IMG/VR virus record: IMGVR_UViG_3300008448_000002
Span: 64,001 to 128,000 of that record
Source: a virus
Strand: one strand, 5' to 3'
Length of the DNA: 64,000 bases
The notes below the pieces were generated by a model that saw only the letters and a program-made list of their open reading frames with translations, did not search any database and was not told where the DNA came from. Position numbers and translations under genes: made by a program. Position 1 is the first letter of the stretch. Every line of letters starts with the position of its first letter. Shown here in pieces: positions 9,696-17,500 of the stretch.

Positions 9696-9857
9696 ATGAA
9701 ACTAAGTGATATACAACCATTAAACGAAGAAACCAAAAAAGGTTTATACTATTATGTCAATAGACGTAAAAAGCTCGGTATAAGTAGAAAAAAAGGTGAA
9801 GAAGGTACTCCATCGGATGAAGATTTTAAAAATGCCGCTAAAACTGCCAAGAAATAA
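9696..9857 (+). CDS. 53-aa basic protein, probable internal head (DNA-associated) protein
   Basis: Manual translation: MKLSDIQPLNEETKKGLYYYVNRRKKLGISRKKGEEGTPSDEDFKNAAKTAKK*. L-N-E processing-like motif; resembles the phage GLY.NI..KRKR...F..AAKTAKK small-protein family (from memory). Confidence 0.7.
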   Translation: MKLSDIQPLNEETKKGLYYYVNRRKKLGISRKKGEEGTPSDEDFKNAAKTAKK

Positions 9858-9872
9858 TATAGGAATAGTATA

Positions 9873-11270
9873 ATGTCAAACATGAGTTATTTCTATGATG
9901 GGCAATTAAGAAGATATTTAACACAGTTCATACGCATGTTCAGTGAGTTTCAAGTTGCGAATGGATATAATCCCGATGGTACACCAATTTTAAAAACCAT
10001 TCCTATAAAAATGGCAATGACAAATAAGAATGTTGCCAGTATCATCGGAAATAATAGTGAAACAACCATAAATGCGACACCACAAATGAGTGTTTACATA
10101 GAAGGTATAACATTATCACCAGAGAGGCGGCAGACACCCAATCATACAAGTCAAGTAAGTGTTACTGAAAGAAGAATTGACGAAAGTGGTAATTATACAT
10201 CAGAAATTGGTAGAAGCTATAGTATAGACCGATACATGCCTGTTCCTTATGATTTAACTATGAAATTGGATATATGGACTAATAATGAAAGTCAAAAGCA
10301 TCAAATATTAGAACAGATATTGACTTTATTTAATCCAAGTCTTGATTTACAAACGGGAACTAATCCTATTGATTGGAGTAGTTTGACAGTTGTAGAATTA
10401 ACCGATATTAATTGGAGTAGTCGTTCGATACCCGTAGGGAGTGATATTGAGATTGATGTTTCCTCATTAAGTTTCAAAATACCCATTTTCATCAATCCAC
10501 CAGTAAAAGTTAAAAATCAACAGATTATACAACAAATTGTCACAAATATTCTTGCGAGTAGCAATATACCCGAAAAAGGTGAAAATGACGATATTATATT
10601 AGACTCCAATGATTTTATATCAAGACAGATTGTTACACCAGGAAATCATAATATACGAGTGGTTGGCGATACTATCACTTTATTAGGACAAAACGGTTCT
10701 GAAAGAGATGCGAATGGTGATTTATATAGTTGGAAAAATCTCTTAGATTATTATAGTGTATTAAGACCATCTGTGAGTCAATTAAGGTTATTGACAGGGA
10801 ATGATTCGGAAAACTATTCTGGTTCAATCATCGGCAAGATTGATTTTCATCCTAGCAATGAAAATCAATTAACATGGATTATTGATATTGATACTTTGCC
10901 ACAGAATACCATTTTACCTATAACAGCTATTATAAATCCCACTAAATCACATCCTTTAAGTGGATTAACCTTACCTTTAAATAATACTCAAACATACAGA
11001 TATCTGTTACTAGAAGATATTCCGAATAATAGTGCGGCATGGTATAATGGTTCAACATATTTTACGGCAAAAGAAAACGATATTATACAAATATCGTACA
11101 GTGTATCTTTTGGTTGGGTGGCATCAGTATTGTTTAACTCTTTCAATAACAATACAATACAATATGTTAAGAATAATTTTGATAATAAACAGCTAAAATG
11201 GAATGGTGAAAGTTGGTTATTTGCGATTGATGGCGAGTACAATCCAGGATTTTGGAAAATCAATTTATAA
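9873..11270 (+). CDS. gp15: Tail sheath stabiliser/tail completion protein (T4 gp15-like)
   Basis: YFYDGQLRRYLTQFIRMFS, MPVPYDLTMKLDIWT.N..QKHQILEQILTLFNPSL. Confidence 0.85.
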   Translation: MSNMSYFYDGQLRRYLTQFIRMFSEFQVANGYNPDGTPILKTIPIKMAMTNKNVASIIGNNSETTINATPQMSVYIEGITLSPERRQTPNHTSQVSVTERRIDESGNYTSEIGRSYSIDRYMPVPYDLTMKLDIWTNNESQKHQILEQILTLFNPSLDLQTGTNPIDWSSLTVVELTDINWSSRSIPVGSDIEIDVSSLSFKIPIFINPPVKVKNQQIIQQIVTNILASSNIPEKGENDDIILDSNDFISRQIVTPGNHNIRVVGDTITLLGQNGSERDANGDLYSWKNLLDYYSVLRPSVSQLRLLTGNDSENYSGSIIGKIDFHPSNENQLTWIIDIDTLPQNTILPITAIINPTKSHPLSGLTLPLNNTQTYRYLLLEDIPNNSAAWYNGSTYFTAKENDIIQISYSVSFGWVASVLFNSFNNNTIQYVKNNFDNKQLKWNGESWLFAIDGEYNPGFWKINL

Positions 11271-11328
11271 TAATACTTGACATTTTTAAAATTACTGATA
11301 AATATGGTAAAGTATAAAGGATTTTAAG

Positions 11329-11799
11329 ATGTCAGAAAAAAATACAATTCCCGTTTTCGTTTATGGAACTTTAAGAAAAGGCTCAACTGCCAATCATTTT
11401 TTAGCAGATGCCACTTATCTTGGTGAGGATACCACAAAACAAAAATCATTTGATATGGTTGATTTGTACAGTAGTTCAACGAGTAGTTTTCCTGGTGTTG
11501 TAAAAACTGGTAAGTTTGGCATCGAAGGTGATGTGTATCTTGTTAATGATGATACCCTGTCCATGTTAGATGATTATGAATCAAACGGCTCATTATACAA
11601 CCGAGAATTAATAGAATTGAGTGGATTTAAAGACAAAGCATGGATTTATTTTTTCAACTTGGCGCGATTTGAAAGAAACTTTAAAGTATTAGACTGGTAT
11701 GAGTCTGAAAGAATATCCCATGAAAATAACACGTTAGTATGGGAAGCAAAATCTTTAAAGAATGTAAAACCATTTAGACCAAGTGTTAGAAATATTTAA
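11329..11799 (+). CDS. Gamma-glutamylcyclotransferase (GGCT/AIG2-like) family protein
   Basis: VFVYGTLRKG..NHFL, IEGDVYLV, LDDYE...LYNR. Confidence 0.85.
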   Translation: MSEKNTIPVFVYGTLRKGSTANHFLADATYLGEDTTKQKSFDMVDLYSSSTSSFPGVVKTGKFGIEGDVYLVNDDTLSMLDDYESNGSLYNRELIELSGFKDKAWIYFFNLARFERNFKVLDWYESERISHENNTLVWEAKSLKNVKPFRPSVRNI

Positions 11800-11817
11800 A
11801 AAATATTTTATTATTGT

Positions 11818-12339
11818 ATGATATTAAATGTTGCGACAAAAATTACACCGCTAGCACTAGCCAACACGTTTATAGAGCGTCATGGGCGGAAAGTGAATGG
11901 TATACAGCATATGAAGCTACAAAAGCTATGCTATTACGCACATGGCTGGTGGCTTGCTTTACAACCTGAACCGTCCGAACCGTTTCTGACGGAGCGACCG
12001 CAAGTATGGAAATATGGTCCCGTTTTTAATTCGCTTTACAATGTTCTTAAACCCTTTGGTAAGCGTCCGATTAAAGAACCAAAATCGGATAATCCATTCG
12101 TTACACCTGATGTTGTTCAAAATGCTGAAGTCATTAAGTTGATTGATTGGATATGGAATAGATATGGGCAATATACAGCAGAAACACTATCTGACATGAC
12201 CCACGAAGAAGGCACACCTTGGAGAAATATTGCTAAGGAAAATCACTACAGAGTTAGGCGTGACTTACCTATTGATAACAGGCGTGTAAAAGATTATTTC
12301 AACAGCGAATACAAAAAATTGGCACCCTCAGCAACATGA
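11818..12339 (+). CDS. Panacea/SocA-family (DUF4065) antitoxin, with no toxin partner adjacent
   Basis: ANTFI, MKLQKLCYYAHGW, QVWKYGPV..LY, L..IW..YG.YTA..LSDMTH.EGTPW. Confidence 0.9.
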   Translation: MILNVATKITPLALANTFIERHGRKVNGIQHMKLQKLCYYAHGWWLALQPEPSEPFLTERPQVWKYGPVFNSLYNVLKPFGKRPIKEPKSDNPFVTPDVVQNAEVIKLIDWIWNRYGQYTAETLSDMTHEEGTPWRNIAKENHYRVRRDLPIDNRRVKDYFNSEYKKLAPSAT

Positions 12340-12410
12340 ATGAAATTATATATACTTTACAAACCCATAGCTAAAATTTTACTAAATAATAATTAAAGGA
12401 GGCTTTAATT

Positions 12411-12542
12411 ATGAATGAAGAAAATATGGCGGATGGCGAGGAAGAACGTATATTTTATTTCGATGCGAGTGATTTTGAACGAAGCCAAGAACGAATGGTA
12501 GCGTTATCTTGTTTAGCCAAACATAATCAAGGGAGCAATTAA
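12411..12542 (+). CDS. 43-aa mini-protein with a weak portal-clip-like motif
   Basis: Manual translation: MNEENMADGEEERIFYFDASDFERSQERMVALSCLAKHNQGSN*. Strong SD AAGGAGG at 12396-12402. ERIFYFD resembles portal ERRVFYID. Confidence 0.6.
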   Translation: MNEENMADGEEERIFYFDASDFERSQERMVALSCLAKHNQGSN

Positions 12543-12544
12543 GT

Positions 12545-12721
12545 ATGACTAATTTAGAAGAATTAATTAACAGCGGTAAAGTAAAGAAAACTCGTTGTAA
12601 TATTACTGGAAAAGTAACTTATGAGATTAACCTTAAACATATGTCTACAAGTAAATGCGATGAATATATAACACGAGTCAAGAATGAAATGAAAAAACAC
12701 AAAAATAAAGAAAGAATGTAA
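12545..12721 (+). CDS. 58-aa mini-protein with a portal-clip-like motif
   Basis: Manual translation: MTNLEELINSGKVKKTRCNITGKVTYEINLKHMSTSKCDEYITRVKNEMKKHKNKERM*. GGGAG SD. Shares K......RVKNE with portal KAQQWVERVKNE. Confidence 0.7.
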   Translation: MTNLEELINSGKVKKTRCNITGKVTYEINLKHMSTSKCDEYITRVKNEMKKHKNKERM

Positions 12722-12722
12722 T

Positions 12723-12848
12723 ATGGATACAGAACATACAGAAATAGGTGAAGAAATAATTCTAAATATTGATACAAGTAATATGACAGATGAACAGGCG
12801 AATGATTTACTCAAAAGAATTAAAGATATTGTTTACGGAATAGAATAA
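12723..12848 (+). CDS. 41-aa mini-protein with a portal-clip-like motif
   Basis: Manual translation: MDTEHTEIGEEIILNIDTSNMTDEQANDLLKRIKDIVYGIE*. IDTSNM..EQA..LLKRIK has the strand-turn-helix pattern of the portal clip. Confidence 0.65.
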   Translation: MDTEHTEIGEEIILNIDTSNMTDEQANDLLKRIKDIVYGIE

Positions 12849-12878
12849 TTAACAAAAAGTAATGAAAGAATAAAGAAT

Positions 12879-13148
12879 ATGAGAATAACACAAGAAACTA
12901 GAATCGAGGCATTAAAACTCGCTATTGAGGCGCATAAAACCTTACCGCCAAGTGTAATTGTAGATGCGGCGAAGGTCTTTGAACAGTATATTACTGGATA
13001 TGATTCGCTAACCGATGAAGAAAAAGATGCTATACTTATCAAAAGAATACAAAAAGCACAAGAAAGAAAAATAATTCATGTTGAAGTTGGTGAAATGTCG
13101 CCCCATAAAGCAGAAAATTATATCGAAAATATTAAAAAGAATAGTTGA
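12879..13148 (+). CDS. 89-aa protein: small helical N-domain fused to a portal-clip homolog
   Basis: Residues 50-86 (DAILIKRIQKAQERKIIHVEVGEMSPHKAENYIENIK) versus portal residues 281-317 (DAILIYRIQRAPERRVFYIDVGDQPPHKAQQWVERVK): 19/37 identical. Confidence 0.85.
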   Translation: MRITQETRIEALKLAIEAHKTLPPSVIVDAAKVFEQYITGYDSLTDEEKDAILIKRIQKAQERKIIHVEVGEMSPHKAENYIENIKKNS

Positions 13149-13182
13149 CATTTGATATAATTTCTGTTAATTTATATAAATA
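13145..13182 (+). promoter_or_regulatory. Dual promoter: sigma70-type (TTGACA-17-TAATTT with extended TG) plus T4-late-type TATAAATA
   Basis: TTGACA 13145-13150, TG 13165-13166, TAATTT 13168-13173, TATAAATA 13175-13182. No ORF downstream until 14551. Confidence 0.65.
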
Positions 13183-13980
13183 ATACTAGCGATTAATTTA
13201 ACTCATATTATAACTCAAAGAATTTCCCTCGTTTATTAATTAAGTTTGACATGCGGAACACCTGACGCAGCGTTGTAAGTCTATTAAGGGGCTAGACGAA
13301 TGGAAGCGACTACTATTACGCCCTTAGCGGGATACCGTAACAGTACAGAGTGCCATTTCCCGTGAAAAGGAAGAAAGACTCCGTTCATAAATGGATAGCT
13401 ATGTTTACTTAGTTTATTGGCCATTTATGATTTTGTAATTAAAAGTATTGCATTTATCATAAATCGGTAACATAAAAGTCGGCAGTACTATAAAATCACT
13501 CAACTGACTCCTTAATTGGAGAGGAATTGATGCTGCTTAAAGATTCTTGATTAGAATCTAATTTTCAAAAGAATTGTAATTATAAGAATTAGATATGTAG
13601 GATAAGGAAAATTAAGTTCTAAATCAGGGGAACATAGAATACTGTTGTGTTATGAATAAAGAGTATGCTCTGTCTGTGAAGTTATTGACAACATACAACA
13701 AAAATAGGCTTCTGCTGGAAGTTTGTTGGTCTATTTTTGTACCGCCCTAGAATGACGAGAGTTGTTCGGAACAAGTGTTAAAATTAGGTATACGGAGGGC
13801 CGCCTAGCAAGAAGAAACTTGTACACTAACAATTAATATTTCCAGAAGACGTGATAAAAAATGTTTTAAATGTTCCCTCTACATCTGTTATCGGCACTTT
13901 ATTGTGTTTTAGGCAGGTGTAGGGGGAAAAGACGTGCGCTACGCGCAAGAAAGCAAGAAAACCTAGTTTGGGGGGGGGGT
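13183..13980 (+). ncRNA. Candidate large structured non-coding RNA (possible replication primer RNA)
   Basis: No ORF of 60 aa or more. Stems at 13385-94/13421-30 (10 bp), 13541-47/13553-59, 13698-709/13729-40 (12 bp, 1 G.U), 13762-66/13770-74 and 13873-87/13914-28 (15 bp, 2 G.U). The wobbles work only on the + strand. Ends at a G10 run. Confidence 0.5.
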
Positions 13981-14456
13981 GATGTAGTAAGAATGCCTTG
14001 TATTAGTTGATTATTAGAAGTAATGAATTAAATTGATAAATTAAATAAAAACTTACCAAGTAGACCTGATGATTAAATAAAAACAAATTTATATAAAATA
14101 TATACTTTAAAATAACTCGCACTGATATATCACAAATTAACTAATATAAATTAATTACCTGATGTATATAAATTAACTTAAAGTAATTGCCATGTAAGGT
14201 AGCGTGACACGGCTTGCGCCATGCCACTCACAAGTTGTAAGTTAGATTGCTTCGGCTAACGCCTCGCCCTAACTTACAACTTAATATTTTCTTTATTGAA
14301 TTAATTTAATAAGTAATTAAAATAAACATATAAAAATACTCTTAGAACAAGATTGAGTAATGGTAAAAGTAATTAACAAGTAAGAAGGAGGGCGTAAGCC
14401 AGACTGAATTACTTGTTAATTAAGAGAGGTGCGAGGTCGTAGACCGAGTAGCTCGC
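13935..14456. other. Cluster of GC-rich GNA/GNNA mini-hairpins and two 14-bp inverted repeats around AT-rich DNA; putative replication origin
   Basis: TGCGC-TAC-GCGCA (13935-47); GTGGCATGGC-GCAA-GCCGTGTCAC on the minus strand (14204-27); 14-bp IR 14232-45/14269-82; 14-bp IR 14370-83/14409-22 enclosing GGC-GTAA-GCC; GGTC-GTA-GACC (14435-45). Confidence 0.55.
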
Positions 14457-14550
14457 TAGAACAGATTAACTAAGAAATTATGAATATAACCTGAAAATCA
14501 CTTAAGGACATCTATGTCCAGATTTCAATCAAGTTATAAATATATGTAGC

Positions 14551-17500
14551 ATGACAAATAACACATATCACCTATCTGTAAATAATTCAAATATAGCTGA
14601 AATAAATTCAGGTGGAGAAATATACGAATTAATAACAAGTAATGGATTCCAATTAAAGACATATGAACATATACCCAATGTACTATCATTTACCTCTAGT
14701 GATTCTATAAGAAAAGAAATATTCGACAAGTCATATATAAAATACAAAACAGATGAAATATTTTTTAATCTCAATTCTGTTGTACTCAAGTTTAAAAAGA
14801 AATACTCATGGGGTCTTGACAGAATTGGCAAAAGAAACCCATTATTACAAAAGAAATACTTTGGAACGGAAACGGGTAAAGGAGTAAATCTATTTGCCAT
14901 TGATTCGGGTGTGTTCCATCAACATGATTCTGTTAATAAAAAAATAAATCTCACATTCGCATATGATGCGTTTTTTGATAATAATGATGTGAATTTTATA
15001 CTTCCATTTAACAATAATTCCTACATTGATTCGCATGGTACAGAAATGGCGAGTATTATACTTGATGGCGATTTTGGTACGACATCTAATGTGAATTATA
15101 TTCCTGTTCGTATTTTTAATGATATTGGTATTGCCTCATTGTCGGATTTGTTAGATTCTTGTAACCATATTATTGATACTCATTTATCTATAAACGTATC
15201 AACTCCTTTTGGTAACTCATTATATAAACCGTCTATTGTTAATATGCCATTCAGTACAAAAAATAAGGCATTGTTACTAGATGATGTTATGTCTGCTTTA
15301 TTGGCAAATAATATTCATGTTGTTACGAGTTCTGGTAATGATAATGATGATGCTTATAATTATAGTCCTCAATCTGCTGGTGTATCAAGAAATAAAGTTT
15401 TAATCAGTGGTAACACATACAGAGTAGACACAAGTATTAATTATACAAAAAAGCCTATTGTGGTAGGGGGCTGCGATAACCCAAGTATAGAAATCATTCA
15501 AAAAGATAAAGTATGGAAAGAAGATAATTTTAATGGGTCAAATTGGGGAGAGTTTGTTGATATACTGTGTCCCGCCAAGGATATATTAGTAGGAAGTTTA
15601 TCTTTTTCTGGTTCAAATTGGAATAATTCTATAAGGAATTATTATACATATAAATCTGGTACAAGCTATAGTAGTGCCTTTTGCTGTGGTATTTTGGCAA
15701 TGTATTTACAAAAAGAAAAAAATCTCACAACAACGCAATTATACAATAAATTATTAAGACGTTCAACCATAGGAAGTTTAGAGATAGATGATTTATCTAA
15801 TTTAAGAGATAATGAACAGAATGATATATTTATTAATCCTGTTGTTGTCACACCAAACAGAATAGGGTATATTTGGTATACGCCTATTTTGATTAACTTT
15901 GATACAATTAATACAATTATAGTTGATGAAAATACAGAAAATGATATTAAAATAACAGCGATATCAACTGATAGTTTTAATGAAAAACAAAAAGTTAGCT
16001 TTTTTCTTGGAACAGTAACTTCTCCTATACCAACTTATACCGATTTAAATATAACAGCATTATTCGGCGATATTTATGAAGGTAATGATATATTTGGAAA
16101 CCTTAATATACAAAGTAATTTTGTAACTGAGGATACTGTATCTACCATTACTATTACTGTTGTTGATGGATTTTCGGATGATTATAGACACTTTCAGACT
16201 TTATCCATACCTATCAATATAAAGAATCTTTCTGTTATGCCTACATGGTTATTACCAGTAGAAAGTAATTTGGGTGATATATCACAGGATGATAATATTG
16301 ATATTGTGTTTTCTTGTAGAGATTTAACAGACGGTTCGCCTGTAACATACACTATATTACCGTCAAATGAAGTATTGCCTATTGGATTAAGGTTTCAAAA
16401 TCTAGTAGATGGAACATTCAAGATATTTGGTACTGTTGGGGCATTAGATAAAAAGTTAGAAAAATATGAGTTTTTCATTAGGGCAAAAACATCTGTTGGT
16501 AAATTTTCTGATAAATATTTTTTCTGGAATACTAATATTGTAAATATACCACAAGAGTTTGATACCTTGTGGACAGATACTCTTCCAAGTACAACTGTTA
16601 ATACTAATGTTTACTATAATTTAGGAACATATCCAAAAAACACACCTCTTGGAATAAACTTACTAATTAATTTATTGATTTATAACCCTGATAATGACCC
16701 GTTGATTATAAAATTATTTAAATCACCTGATATTACTACAAGTTTTGGAAAACTACCCCTCGGTTTAAAACTGAATACTGAAAGTAGACGAATTGAAGGC
16801 ATCCCCTCTGTTAGTATTTCTGGTGGCACATATTATTTTAAAATAACATTAGGAGATGGAGAGTTTGTTACAAATGGTTATTTTAGTATAACTATATCTA
16901 ATGATGACATAGGATTAATACAAGACCCCAGTGATATAACATGGACTACCCCCGCTGGATTCATTGGCGAAATATATGAAACGTATCCATCACACCTTAG
17001 TGTTTTGGCTAAAAATAGTGCCAATGGAAGAATACAATATATATTATCAAGTGCCAGTAACCCAATGCCGCAAGGATTAAGCATTGATGCCAATACTGGA
17101 TATATAGTTGGTAATGCTCCCTATGTTTCTGGAACGGCAACATATAGTATAACAGTATCAGCTTACAATGAGTTTGTTTCGGTTGATAGAACATTTACTT
17201 TTACTATTATATCCATATATGATACTCAAAATGTCATAAGTATTGATGTTTTATTAACGGGATTACCTACCAAAGATAGATTAAATCTTGTTAGATTACA
17301 ATCGTTTATAAACAAAAATAATATATTTAGAGAAGACGATGAAAACTTTGGTATTAAACAAGACTTGAGAATGTATCTTGTGGCAGGATTAAATTCTGTT
17401 TCAGATAGTGTAGTTTATGCCAAATTAAAAGATTATCATCAGGATTTATCGGTTAAGTTTGGAAAATTGAATTACCAATCTGTGACAGATACAGTTGGAA

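Noticed and set aside
11818-12542. Classical Panacea toxin-antitoxin pair
   Set aside because: No neighbour resembles a known toxin; the upstream gene is a GGCT and the downstream ORFs resemble the portal clip. Not excluded experimentally.
13183-14550. CRISPR array, tmRNA, RNase P RNA or self-splicing intron
   Set aside because: There are no regularly spaced repeats, no tRNA-like ends or tag ORF, and no RNase P or group I/II consensus that I can recognise. The region does not interrupt a gene.
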